DNA from: Octopus vulgaris
Taxonomy: Eukaryota
Reading direction: 5' to 3'
DNA: 64,000 nucleotides
Assembly: GCA_951406725.2 (NCBI GenBank)
Contig: OX597822.1
Location: 83,948,001 to 84,012,000, forward strand
In this document: positions 27,963 to 41,347 of the stretch, piece by piece
Numbering within the stretch: the first letter of the stretch is position 1
Layout of the letters: every line of letters starts with the position of its first letter
The notes under the pieces: model-generated
What the model was told of the DNA's origin: nothing
What the model saw: the letters and a program-made list of their open reading frames with translations, nothing else
The model's database searches: none
Translations under genes and position numbers: made by a program

Positions 27963-28125
27963 CGACGGGCTTCTTTTCAGTTTCCGTCTACCAAATCCAG
28001 TCACAAGGCTTTGGTCGGCCCGAGGCTATAGTAGAAGACTCTTGACCAAGGTGCCACGCAGTGGGGCTGAACCCGGAACCATGTGGTTGGTAAACAAGCT
28101 ACTTACCACACAGCCACTCCCGCGC
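27638..28125 (-). mobile_element. SINE family A copy with a short extra SINE 3' piece inside its (TA)n
   Basis: Reverse complement of family A; extra gtttcagcttatgagctgtggccatgctggggcaccgcc at ~27880-27918. Confidence 0.85.
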
Positions 28126-28726
28126 CTATATATTATATATTTTCATATATGGATGGATGTATCCATACACATCTATATCTATATTTTTTATGAACACATA
28201 ACGATATAGAGTGCATTCATAGCCTTCTATTATTTAACCTTTAACGAGGAGAGAAGAACTATGACAAACGTCATTCTCAAGACAGCAATCACATTTCTTT
28301 TTTATTTGTTACCGGAATCTTATCATTTTAATATTTCATTTCTTTCTCTTCCATTTTCATGGACAGCTGAGGTTTATTGTGTCGACGTTCAGCTTCGATT
28401 TCCGTGGCTCTAAGAAGATGAAATGTCAATCTCCTTCTCATCCGGACAGGTCAGTAAGATTATCAGCTTTTCAAGCTAATGAAAGATTCATCAATGTTTC
28501 AGGTCTGACGATGCATATAGCTGTGAATTAAATAAAACCTTTCTGCTGTTCTTACTTAGTCTTGTGTGAACTCGGCTGATGAGAGTTATGGCGTTTTTTG
28601 GTACTAAACAGATACTAATATCCGTGATAGGATATAAAATGACAAACCTCAGTTTGTTGTCTGATGCGTGATCAACCCTTTTACATACTGGTATAAATAA
28701 TAACCTCAGTATATTATAATACAATA

Positions 28727-28729
<3 letters not shown>

Positions 28730-28810
<81 letters not shown>

Positions 28811-29043
28811 GCAGCAGCAGCAGCAACAACACCGATGACGATGACGATGGTGGTGGTGGTGGTGGTGGTGGTGGTGGTGGTGGTGGTGGTGGTGGTGGTG
28901 GTGGTGGTGGTGGTGGTGGTGGTGGTGGTGGTGGTGGTGGTGGTGGTGGTGATGGTGGTGATGGTGATGATGGTGGTGGTGGTGGTGGTGGTGGTGGTGG
29001 TGGTGGTGGTGGTGGTGGTGGTGGTGGTGGGTGGTGGTGGTGA
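28730..29043. repeat. Compound trinucleotide microsatellite (TAA)(CAA)(CAG)(GAT/GAC)(GGT)
   Basis: In-phase succession of triplet motifs. Confidence 0.97.
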
Positions 29044-29349
29044 TAGACAATTATCTAGTATAATTTCATTAGACATTTTGATAGAATTTCAACTTAGAAC
29101 ATTACTTAGAAATGCATCAATATTTTTCTTGAAAACTTATTACAAAATCGGTATCTGTTTAGTTCGATGTAGTTTCACTGAAGTTTCATAAGGAAATGGT
29201 CTACGACTATCTTCTTGGGAATAGAGTGAAATAAAAATTGTTTGGTAGATGAAGGAACGGATATTAAGGGGCTTAACGAAAATGCCCTAGTATGGTCATA
29301 GAGGAATGCTTGAAACCAGGGTAAATGCACACATACACAGGCACGTATG

Positions 29350-29445
<96 letters not shown>

Positions 29446-29467
29446 CAGAAGATAGATAGACAGAAGT

Positions 29468-29573
<106 letters not shown>

Positions 29574-29574
29574 T

Positions 29575-29681
<107 letters not shown>

Positions 29682-29769
29682 TGAATGCGTGTATGTATGA
29701 ATATTCTTTGAGCTATTAAATTCTTCTTGAGAGAGTTCTAGCCGGTTGCTATTCATATATGTATGTATG

Positions 29770-30417
29770 TCATTATTCAGTTTTATTTCAAGATTTCTTG
29801 CCAATAGAGAATGAGCCGGTTTCTAACCTAGATCCAAGGCTTCTTCATTGGAATTTCAACATCAACAACAGAGTACGTATGTATGCATGTATGTATGTAT
29901 GTATGTATGTATGTATGTATGTATGTATGTATGTATGTATGTGTACAGACTTGTATGCTTTGTTTTATGGTTGTATTCTCATGCATATAATTGCATATCT
30001 AGACATGCTCATACATATTTAAATGATAAACTTCTGGAAAGTTTTACAGATTTTTACAGTTCCAGTGATGGATTGGATCTCTAGCCTTCTAATTAGCCTT
30101 CTCCTTTCTAGATTTGAGAAGCTTAATTTCTCAAAATTGCTATTTAGGCAGCGTATTACATATCTCAGGGCACCAATAATTACAGGTATAAACTTGAACT
30201 TGTAATCTAGATAGAGTAACTGCAGATTTCTCAATAGTTCAGCGTAGGTATTCTCTTTGTCACTGATCTTCAGCTTTATGTTAACATCCGCTGAGCAGCT
30301 AATTTCCACAACTGTACACATTTTCTATTCTCTATCCCAAATCATTATATCAGGTCTGTTTTGTTTACATTTTATCGAGGTATTCACTGGGACATTCCAC
30401 CAGTACTCTTTTTTATT
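29770..30417 (-). mobile_element. RLE non-LTR retrotransposon 3' end (R4/Dong-like), bounded by (ACAT)n
   Basis: KKEYWWNVPVNTSIKCKQNRPDIMIWDRE*KMCTVVEISC..DKENTYAEL..FIPVIIGAL is a PD-(D/E)xK endonuclease; 3' UTR extends to 29770. Confidence 0.88.
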
Positions 30418-31699
30418 ATGTATGTATGTATGTATGTATGTATGTATGTATGTATGTATGTATGTATGTGTATGTATGTATGTATGTATGTATGTATGTA
30501 TGTGTGTATGTGTGTAAGTGTGTATGTATGTATGTATGTATATATGTATGTATGTGTGTGTATGTATGTATGTATGTGTGTATGTATATATGTGTGTATG
30601 TGTGTGTGTATGTATGTATGTATGTATGTATGTATGTATGTATGTATGTATGTATGTATGTATGTATGTATGTATGTATGTATGTATGTATGTGTGACAT
30701 TCATTTCTTCCAAATGTTATCCAGTTGCCGTTCATTTCAGTAGTTGGACCCTTTGGAAGGTTTCTTTTTGATATAAAATTAATTATTATAATGAAGAATG
30801 TTATTAACTTTGTGAAATATTTCCAATCATACTAGATTATAATATCCAACATTTATGGAAACTTTAACATTATCTTTGCTAAACGAAAATGTTATTCGGT
30901 TATTGAATTAGAGCTGATCATATAGAATTCATTGAACATAAAATGAAAGCTTAAAAAGAACAAATTTCTTGCAACCAGTAAATAAGAAATAAATCTTTCT
31001 TCACCAAGCGTTTTAGGGACTTCGCATGTAACAATATACCCATTTCAATTTTGTCTACTATGAAAGAGTAACCTGGAAAAGAAATTGTGTTTTAACTACG
31101 TCATATTTCATATCGCTAAATATATATTTAGTTGCAAGCACCATTCCTGACAATTGTTTAAATATCCTTCACGTTCTGATTTTGAAAATCTTGTCGAATT
31201 CCACATTGCATTTCCCCATTCCGGCGTCAAGAAAATGGGTACCAGTAAAGTAATGGAGCCTCGTCTCTAACTTGTAGCCTTATACGTATGTTAAAAATAA
31301 AAATAAAAACAATCAGCTATTTTGTTGCGGTTGTGATTTAGCTGCAGGTCAGTCAGTCAATAAGGCCTTTGACCAAAGCTGATTCTAATAATAACACCGC
31401 TTTTTTCTCCCAAGGAACAATGTGTTTTTCTCATTTAAGACTGTAGGGTGTAATTTGGAAACTATTCCTATCGAATCACACAGATAATCTATAACTCTTT
31501 TGTTTACTGAAAAGAAAATATATGTTCCCACAACATTACGCTTTGAGACATGTTTTCTTAAATGTTGCCTTTTATTTTGGTATCGATTAACAAGATATGA
31601 AAGAACGAACTATAAATAAGCACATTTTGATTTCCAGCTTTGAAACATGGCCGAAAATGTTGTAGGGAACGTGAGGGAGGGTATGAGTAATAATAATCC

Positions 31700-32303
31700 A
31701 TTCTACTATAGGCATAACACATGAAATGAAGGGGTAAGTAGATTAGATCGACCCCAGTACGCAACTTATACTTAATTTATCGACCCCGAGAGGATGAAAG
31801 GCAAAGTCGATATCGGTGGAATTTGAACTCAGAACGTAACGGCAGACGAAATACTGCTAAGTATTTCGCCCAGCGTGCTAACGTTTCTTATTTCTTTATT
31901 GCCCACAGGGGTCTAAACATAGAGGGGACAATCAAGGACAGACAAACGGATTAAGTCGTTTACATCGACACCAGTGCGTAACTGGTACTTAATTTATCGA
32001 CCCCGAAAGGATGAAAGGCAAAGTAGACCTCGGCGGAATTTTAACTCAGATCGTAACAGCAGACGAAATACCTATTTCTTTACTACCCACAAGGTGCTAA
32101 ACACAGAGAGGACAAACAACGACAGACAAACGGATTAAGTCGATTATATCGACCACAGTGCGTAACTGGTACTTAATTTATCGACCCCGGAAGGATGAAA
32201 GGCAAAGTCGACCTCGGCGGAATTTGAACTCTGAACGTAACGGCAGACGAAATACCGCTAAGCATTTCGCCCGGCGTGCTAACGATTCTGCCGGCTCACC
32301 GCT
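31700..32303 (-). mobile_element. SINE family B, three tandem units
   Basis: Reverse complement of the 18042-18543 family. Confidence 0.85.
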
Positions 32304-32633
32304 TTGGTATAAGTAGTAATAATAGTAAGAATAGTTGTAGTAGTAGTTGTAATAGTAGTAGCAATAGTTATAACAGTAATTGTAGCAATGAAGTACTCTA
32401 CAGTAGACACTTAGCGTTATTTCTTCCTATTCACTACGTTCTGAGTTGAAAATCCGCTCAGGTTGACTGCGTCTTTTATCCTTTATAGGTCGATAAAATA
32501 AGTACCATACATGTACTGGGCTCAACGTAGTCACCTTACTTCTCCTTTCAAAACTGCAGGCTTTGTGCGAAAAATAAGAATTATTAATATCAGCAATACA
32601 TATTTCTTTATCGGTCAGAAGTGTCCGTTGATA

Positions 32634-33128
32634 CAGTAATCCCTCGCCATATCGCGGTTCACCTATCGCGGTTTATTATTTAAGCTTACGTCGATTCCTC
32701 CGTGGTGTTACAGTTCTATATTTAAGAGATGCGGAATTGTGTTCATTATTTCATTATTTACATTTAACGAATATTTGTCCTCATCTCGTTTGTTGTTAAC
32801 ACAACGTTTCGGCTGATATACCCTCCAGCCTTTATCAGGTGGCTTGGGGAAATTTCGAACCTGTGTTCTCATTCCTAAGGTATTATTCGATGAAAGTTGG
32901 AGGGTATATCAGCCGAAACGTTGTGTTAACAACAAACAAGATGAGGAAAAATATCCGTCAAATGTAAATGATGTAAATAATACCCCGTGGTGTTGTTTTG
33001 CATTTATAATAAAATATATGCAGATTATAGAAATAATAAAAGAATATATACAGTACCTGTTTCTACTTCGCGGATCTTCACCTATCGCGGCGGGGCGGAC
33101 TAACACCCGCGGTAATCGAGGGATTACT
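32634..33128. mobile_element. pogo/Tigger-like MITE with TA target duplication, interrupted by a hammerhead module
   Basis: TIRs TA-cagtaatccctcg ... cgagggattactg-TA. Confidence 0.8.
32710..32984. mobile_element. Fold-back hammerhead module with a 10-bp target-site duplication
   Basis: Inverted arms ~32745-32835 and ~32888-32981. Minus strand cac-CTGATAA-aggctg..cagcc-GAAA-cgtt-gtgt. ccgtggtgtt is repeated at 32700-32709 and 32985-32994. Confidence 0.85.
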
Positions 33129-33325
33129 GTACAACACAAAACACGTTATACAATTCCACATCATGTGGAGATGTGTCATTTACGTATAATAAACACGTGG
33201 GGGGAAACATACTACAAAGTATGGCAACGGGTTTGAATTGAATTAAAATAAACAAATGAAGGCAATTCACTCTCATGCGCTAAGTAAGCTGGGGCCGTAA
33301 ATTTTTCATTTTTAAATATAAAACT

Positions 33326-33745
33326 AGGCGTGGCTGTATGGTAAGAAGTTTGCTTCCCATCTGCATCGTTCCGAGTTCAGTCCCACTGCGTGACACCTCG
33401 GGCAAGTGTCATCTGCTATAACCGCAAGCCGACCAAAGCCTTGGAAGTGGATTTGGTAGACGGAAACTAAAAGAAGCTCGCCGTATGCATGCATGTGTGT
33501 GTGTGTGCCTGTGTGTATCTTCGTGTGTGTCTTTTTATCTGGGTCTGTCCCTCACCATCGCTCGACAACCGGTGTTGGTGTGTTTACGTTCCAGTAACTT
33601 AGCTGTTCGGCTAAAGAGACTGATGAATAAGTTCCATACTTGAAAAAAAAAGCACAGGGGTCGATTCATTCCACTAAATGTTCTTCGATGCGGTACTCCA
33701 GCTTGGCCGCAGCCTAATGGCTGAAACAAGTGAAAAACAAAAGAT
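33326..33745 (+). mobile_element. SINE family A copy
   Basis: Same family as 2312-2748. Confidence 0.85.
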
Positions 33746-34124
33746 AAAACGGAAAACGAAAACGATGACGACAACCAGACTGGAAGGTGAAAGAGAAAGA
33801 GGATTAAAATAGCAAAAGATATACTAAAAGCTTCAATATTTTATGAACGTTTACTGAAAATAAAATTAATGGCTTCTTGATCTGTAAACAGTTCGATTTC
33901 TGACACTTTTAATAATGACTAAGTCTTTCCATTTAGTCAAAAGCTACTTTCGTTTTATGAGCAGTTAATACCTCCACTTTCTGAAGTCAAATATCTCCGA
34001 GATCGACTTTGCCTTTCATCCTTTCGCGGTCGATAAAATAAGTACCAGTGAACACTGGGGTCGGTGTTATCAACTTACTCCAAACCTACAATTGCTGGTC
34101 TTGTGTCAACATTTGAAATCATAT

Positions 34125-34345
34125 TTAGGAGGATCGTTTCTTAATGATTCTAATCCTTCTGGATCACGCTTTAATCTACCATGAGAAATCCAATAACCCA
34201 GAAAATAACTATTTTGTGAATTATATATAAACTCATCCTCAACTAAGTTGATAATCTTTGAAAGATTAATCAGATTTCTATAAATTTTGGTTATCGCCTC
34301 CACATTTCTTCCACGCACAATAACATTATCAATATAAACAGATAA
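34125..34345 (-). mobile_element. Ty3/Gypsy LTR-retrotransposon RT fragment
   Basis: VYIDNVIVRG..E...NL...FLGYWISHGRLKRDPEGLESL, matching the YxDD and FLG..IS..G...DP motifs. Confidence 0.7.
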
Positions 34346-34351
34346 CAGGGC

Positions 34352-36227
34352 ATAATAATTAAACAAGCAGATAAAGGTGGTGCAATTGTTATTATGGATA
34401 CCGAATACTATAAGGATTTGGTTGAAGACCAACTGAAGGATACAACCTTCTATTGTGAAATACCCGCAAATATAGACCACCACATCATGAAAAAGATCAA
34501 CAACCTGATTTCAACACACCACAACTCACTTACGGATAATGAAAAAGACTACATCACCAATTTTGAACCAAAACCCAGCAACTTCTACGGTTTACCAAAA
34601 ATACACAAATCAAAAAACATTCAACAGGCAGTAAAAGAACAAGAAAGTGAGTACATAAAATTATTACATCCAAAAGACCTAAAACTTAGACCTATTATAG
34701 CTGGTCCAGCATGCCCTACACACCGTCTAAGCAATTTTATTGACATTGTTTTGAAACCACTATGTACTTACATACCAAGTTTCATCAGGGATGACATCGA
34801 CTTCCTGTCCCATCTTCCCAAAACAACAGAAACAAATTCAGTTTTGCTAAGTTTTGATGTGGTAAGCCTCTACACCAATATTCCACACGATTTAGGAATA
34901 AAGGCGATTAAATACTGGTTAGAAAAACATAGAGAAGTGATTCCCAGCAGATTCACAGTGCCATTTATATTAGACACAGTCAAACTTATTCTAGAAAATA
35001 ACACATTCTTCTTCAATGGAAAGAATTACATCCAAATTATAGGCACGGCGATGGGAACGAGGTTTGCTCCCGTTTACGCCAACTCTGTAATGGGATACTT
35101 AGAAGAACAACTCTACCAAGAGGTGGAGGTAAACTATGGCACTGGATTTAGAAAGTATATTGAAAAGGCATGGAAGAGATACCTAGACGACTGTTTCATA
35201 ATCTGGACAGAATCTCTAAATACTCTGGAAGAGTTCAATATCCTCCTGAACAACCTACACCCATCTCTCAAATTTACAAAGGAGATGAGTAGTACCAAAT
35301 TACCATTCCTGGATATAATGGTAATTAAAAAAGACACCACCATCACCACAGATATATACTATAAACACACAGACACACATCAATACCTAAATTTTAAGTC
35401 GTGCCATCCACCACATACAAAACGTAACATCCCATACTGCCTAGCCAGAAGAATTTGTACTATTGTAGAAGATGCAAATATCAGGAACAAACGCCTAATA
35501 GAACTAAGAGAATTTTTGCTCAAACAAAAATACCCATCTCTACTTATAGAAAATGGCATACAGCGGGCTATAAAAATACCTATACAACAACTTAGGACAA
35601 CCCAAGGAAGAGGAAAAACAAGAACAAGTCATACCATTCATAGTGACACACAACCCATGTCACCAGAATATCTTCAACATTGCCAAAGCAAACCTTCCAA
35701 TCATTGCCCAAAGTAATGAATTAAAAGACATAATCAAGGATCGAGCTATGGTGCTTAGTAAAAGACAGCCTAAAAACTTGAAAACATTACTAACAAAGGC
35801 AAAATTTGACCTCAGCAACAAAGACCAAACATTCACGGTATCTAAATGCAATGATAGCCGATGTGGCACATGCCAATTCATACATACCGGTCAATATATA
35901 AACACAAAAACCGGGAAAATATTCACAAACGCGAATATGAACTGCAAAAGCAGAAATTTAATTTACTGCATCAAATGCCCAAATTGTGAAGAAATATATG
36001 TAGGTCAGACGGGAAACGCACTATTAGAACGCTCACGTGTACACCGGCAACAGATTAGAGACCCAGAGGTCCGTCAGATACCTTTGAGTAACCACCTAGC
36101 AACATGTGGTCGGAAAATATATATAATATTTCCATTCTACAAATTACACAGCCCAAGTGAAATCGAGAGGAAAATCAGAGAAAAGAATTTTATTGATAAA
36201 TTCGAACCCAAGCTAAATAAGCAATAA
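34352..36227 (+). pseudogene. Penelope-like RT/GIY-YIG ORF with one frameshift near 35610
   Basis: ORFs 34394-35716 and 35643-36227 join in the A-rich stretch ggaagaggaaaaacaagaacaagtc. Confidence 0.9.
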
Positions 36228-36721
36228 TAATAATACTTAGAGGTATTACTTCCACTGCTACGACCATGACCACTAACAACAACAACAATACTAAAGGTGA
36301 TCAAGACGAAGATAGCAGGAAAATTATCTTATTTAGGGTTAAAAGTTCTATTGCCACCACCATCACCACTAGCAACAATAATTAAGGTGCTGACAATGAT
36401 GATGATGACAATTGAAATATAAAAATATAAAAATCTCTGACAAAGGATATTTACAACATTTCTAAAAATAACCCAACAATTGCTGCTTCGGCCAGGGTCA
36501 AGATACAGGACTCTTGACCTGTCCAACAAAGCGTGATGCCTAAACCAATCAGCTCAACCAACCAATCAGCTTAAGTAATTGAGTGATACTACACACTGAT
36601 TGGTCAGAATACAGTTTGCAAAACCTAGCACTCTGGAGCCTACCCAGCTGTATTTATAGCACAGAATCACTCATCTTGCTACAGTCAAAAATTGTGAAGC
36701 ATGACTGTCAACACTACTACA

Positions 36722-36766
36722 TGAACCCGAAGATTGCAGAATTCAATGCATGAAAGTACTAGTTCA
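36722..36766 (+). ncRNA. Minimal hammerhead in the Penelope-like pLTR (core variant CCGAAGA)
   Basis: tgaac-CCGAAGA-ttgca..tgca-t-GAAA-gtac-TA-gttca. Confidence 0.65.
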
Positions 36767-36895
36767 ATCAGAATGAATATTTAACATTCTACTATTTCAT
36801 TTTATTTTATTCAATTATAATATATTATCTTATAATATATCATTATAAGATTGTAAATAAAACGTGAAAATCAGACAAGGTTGGAATTCTTTTTA

Positions 36896-36938
<43 letters not shown>

Positions 36939-36957
36939 ATGCCAATACAATACAATA

Positions 36958-36996
<39 letters not shown>

Positions 36997-37009
36997 ATGC
37001 CAATGCAAT

Positions 37010-37053
<44 letters not shown>

Positions 37054-37177
37054 ATTGTATTGGCATCCTTTCTGTCTCGGGAGACAATGGAGTTGCGCAT
37101 GTTTTGTTTTTTTGTTTTGTTTTTTGTAGTCTAGTCCGGCTTTTATATTTCATGTCCTGATACATTTCCTGCTGTGG

Positions 37178-37209
<32 letters not shown>

Positions 37210-37213
<4 letters not shown>

Positions 37214-37657
37214 TAAATTAGAGATAAAACCACTATTAGGCAACTGAAACAGTGATAGACATAAACCAAAACATAAAAAGCAAAAAATAAATATAATTAA
37301 TATAATATATAAATAAAATATAAAATTTAAAATTTAAATCATTAAAATTTAAACGATTATGTTATGGCCCGCCTTAGCTTACAACTGTTTCCGCTATAAG
37401 ATGCAGTAGAATCATAACTGAGCGATATTTGAAGTGTATTCATGTTTGAGGCTCCGACGGAGCTATAAAGTGTTACTTAGGCACTGCATCTTACATTGGA
37501 AACAGCAGTAAGCTAACGAAGTTCATCTTATCAATGTGTATTCGTTTGTCAACTATTTATTTCTTTACCGCTCTATACTTGACTAACGCTTCGTGAGAAG
37601 CATACTTATATTGAGTTCTACGCCGGGTTATAAGAACAGTGAAGCGTAAGCGAAATA

Positions 37658-37660
<3 letters not shown>
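37210..37660. mobile_element. Decayed fold-back module between (TA)n tracts
   Basis: Inverted arms 37374-37407 and 37483-37516 contain GAAA-cag(c/t)(a/t)g-TA-agctaa, the 3' half of a hammerhead. Confidence 0.55.
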
Positions 37661-37704
<44 letters not shown>

Positions 37705-38292
37705 CTTTTACAGTTACTTCACGCAGGAAAGAAAACTTGTTCGAAATGTATTTTTCCCATATTATTATACTAATTAAATACAAGACATCACACTATTTCC
37801 GATTATTTAATTTAATTTCTACTATAAAATTTAATATTTTGTGTCTCAGTGCAAAACATTTTAGATTAAATTTAAAGTGTTAAATTTGATGCGGACGCTC
37901 AACGAGTGAAAATAATATACACGCACATGCGCATTTCTCTCATTTCTGGACATTTTGATTTTTAAAAAGTCAACAAACAAATTGCAACCGACATTTACTA
38001 CAAACCAACAGACTCAAAACAGTATTTTTCGGGTTTTCACATCAATGTATGTATGTACGTACGTACGTATGTATGTATGTATGTATGTATGCATGCATGC
38101 ATGCATGCATGTATGTATGCATGCATGTATGTATGTATGTATGTATGTATGTATGTATGTATGTATGTATGTATGTATGCAGATATATGACTGGAGTTTC
38201 AAACAATTTTTCAGACATAAATTTCGAAATTGCTCCCAATAGTTTTTCGCATATTTCATGGTTTAACGCTGCAGTTTTTAAAAGTACATAAA

Positions 38293-38342
<50 letters not shown>

Positions 38343-38761
38343 GTTTACATTAATTATATATATGCTCAGACTTAGAATGGAAAAATTAATTTGCATTGAC
38401 GGAAATAGATGCAGAGAAACATAAAAATCAATATTCTTCAAAGTATAGTTCATAACAGATTGGGAAGAAGGTGAATTTATACACAGTTTTATATGTACAT
38501 ATATACATACATACATGTATATATACATACATATATATATGTATACATATACATATATGCATACATACATGTATATGTATACATATATATAAATGTGTGT
38601 GTGTATATATACATGTATGTATATATACATATATATAGGGCACAATAAGTATGATTGTACCCTATACAATTATATATCTCTGTAAATGTATTTTACGTAA
38701 AATGTTTTTATATGCTGACCACTGATAAAATTCATTAATTTTGATGATTTAATTTTTTTAT

Positions 38762-38826
<65 letters not shown>

Positions 38827-39019
38827 TCATTATACAAGTAAAGAACCTCTGCTTAGTTTTTTATTTGGTGATGCGTGAGTACTGCATGTGTGTCACTCCC
38901 GAAGGGTCTGTAGTGGTGACATCTGCCCCATAAATTATGGTTTCTGTATTAACAAGAATTATCTTCTTTCTCTCACAAACACTAATAGAGACAAACCCAA
39001 CAACGACTGCCATTAACTT

Positions 39020-39335
39020 AAAGAGTAAAGAGTAAAGACCCTCTTCGGTCATGAATAATCATCGGATAGCACTGAGGCACAAGTCGGGGCAAGTTTGTTT
39101 ATGGAAGACCAGCAGTCACCCTTGGATACCAACCTCCCCTCACCACTGAGGGAAAGGCAAAGGGGCTGACACAACTTGACACCAGTGACGTCACAACTCA
39201 TTTCTACAGCCGAGTAAACAGGAACAACATAAAATAAAGTGTCTTGCTCAAGAACGCAACACACAGCCCGATGCGGGAATTGAACTCACTACGTTATGAT
39301 TGTGAAGGCGACACTCTAACCCATGAGCCATACGT
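39020..39335 (-). mobile_element. tRNA-derived SINE family C variant
   Basis: Head cgtatggctcatgggttagagtg..gtgagttcaattccc..gttcttgagcaagacactttatt; (ctcttta)-like tail. Confidence 0.75.
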
Positions 39336-39409
39336 CATTGTTTAAAATTACTTCACTAATATCCCATCTCTATATAAAAAGCCATACATATACGCGCGCC
39401 CATGTGTGT

Positions 39410-39470
<61 letters not shown>

Positions 39471-40044
39471 TGTGTGTGTATCCTTTCATTTAAATGTGTG
39501 GATGGAAGATAATCGCAGGTAACGACTCATGCCTCGGAGCAGAAAAAAGCGAGATCACCGTAGGTGTCTACAAGATCAGTTGACATCCGAGCAAAAGCAG
39601 TGGAACAATTTGTCTTTGTCATTTATTCATCGATTGAGTTAAACTTCGCTGAAGAGGGAAGTGAAATCTTCTAAACCCTGATGGTACTTCTGTTAGTACG
39701 GTTAGAATTCTGGTATCAGTCATCCTTTCCATTGCATGGAAACTTTCCGAAATTACTCATTAACCTTATGCTATTGCGTAGCTTCCATGATCTAAAGCAG
39801 TTTTTCACCTATGGATCCCTTTGATTCTTATGTTGCTCAGGTAAACCCTACGTCGCTACGTTCTGAATTCAAATTCGGCCGGGATCGACTTTGCTTTTCA
39901 TCCTTTCAGGTTCGATAAATTAAGTGCCAATTGCAGGTCTTGTGTCTATATTAAAAAGTATTATTAGAAATTTCATTTGTTTTCAAAAACCGGATTCTCT
40001 TTGCATATATCTACATATATTTTTTTGCGGGTATATACATGGTG

Positions 40045-40140
40045 CTCGCTGCAGCTTTTCCACAAGTGTAGGATAAATTATATCGGTCGCCTCATGATGC
40101 AGAGATGCTGTTAAGAGAATCCATGCATCTTCAGTGGATC
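40045..40140 (-). ncRNA. Possible degenerate hammerhead motif
   Basis: Minus strand ca-CTGAAGA-tgca...GAAA-agctg-c-agcg. Confidence 0.35.
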
Positions 40141-41091
40141 CCGAGATGATGTTTGAATTCGCTCCTTCCCACAACAATTGTTCGGCTACTCTTTCTCACA
40201 TGTCGAGGACCACGTGAAGTTAACCGCAATCGTCTTCATCATTATTTCTAGTTATCGTCCATTCACATAGTCAGGTAAAAGGAAACACACACAGACACAC
40301 ACACAAACACTCACACACATATGCATATATATATATATATATATATATATGTTAATAAAAGAACATATGCATATATATAAACATATATGTACGTACCTAC
40401 CTCTACATGTACATATACACGCATATATTTGTACAGGACACCAAAAAGACGTCGAACACATAGAGAGACGAAAAACAAGACAGAAACCAAGAAACAGGAC
40501 AAGAAAAAAAGGAAGTACAAGACAATGAGCACAACGAAAAAACCCTTTCTTCAGTCGCTAAGGTTTCATCTACTCTACGTTTCGAAGGATAAAAGCGAGA
40601 CGTATCTTCGAAGAAACTTCCTTCCTGCGAAAAGCAAATCAATTAAAATTCTGAGATCTTTTCGCAGAGGGGTAAAAAATGGTAAAAAACGCAAGACGGT
40701 AACGACAGTGCAAACATATAAACAGTAAAAAAATATATATAAACAGTGGAAAAATAAATATATAACAGTAAGAGACAGGACAAGGAGAACAAGATAAGAA
40801 GGGCTGTTTACGCCAGACGAAAAAAGTATTGCAAACGCTGGATTATAGTGGACGACGAGAGAGCAGGAATGTCGACCAGTGGCCTTAGAAGGCGGGCGAG
40901 AAAAGACAGGATAGCAGTTACGACGGAAGTATCGTCGCAGATGGACGACGGGAATGGGGGAGGAGGAGCAAGAGGAAGGGAGAGAAGAAGGGGAATGGTG
41001 CGAGGAGACCATGAAGAATGGTGAGGGGGAGAGAGAGAATGAAGAATGAGAGAGAGAGGAAGAGACAAGTTAAGTGAGGGAAAAAAGACGA

Positions 41092-41240
41092 AAAAGGGAA
41101 TGGAATAGAAAGAAAGAAAGATGCAGAGTCGCGTGAGAGTTAATATCAAGGCTAACTTGATAAACAAAAGGGAATGGAATAGAAAGAAAGAAAGATGCAG
41201 AGTCGCGTGAGAGTTAATATCAAGGCTAACTTGATAAACA
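41092..41240. repeat. Exact 74-bp tandem duplication
   Basis: aaaagggaatggaatag...gctaacttgataaac occurs twice. Confidence 0.95.
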
Positions 41241-41347
41241 GAACAATATATATATATATAATTATATGTATGTGTATATATATATATATATACACACACA
41301 CGCACACACATAACACATACACAGATACACTCACAATCATATATATA

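Larger units (their letters stand above)
34350..36900 (+). mobile_element. Penelope-like element (Neptune/Naiad-type Cys linker), 5'-truncated, with 3' pLTR
   Basis: IIKQADKG, FYGLPKIHK, LRPII, SFDVVSLYTNIP, GTAMGT, RYLDDC, LPFLD, C..RC..C linker, GIY-YIG (NLIYCIKCPNC..IYVGQT); the 3' non-coding region has a hammerhead motif. Confidence 0.95.
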
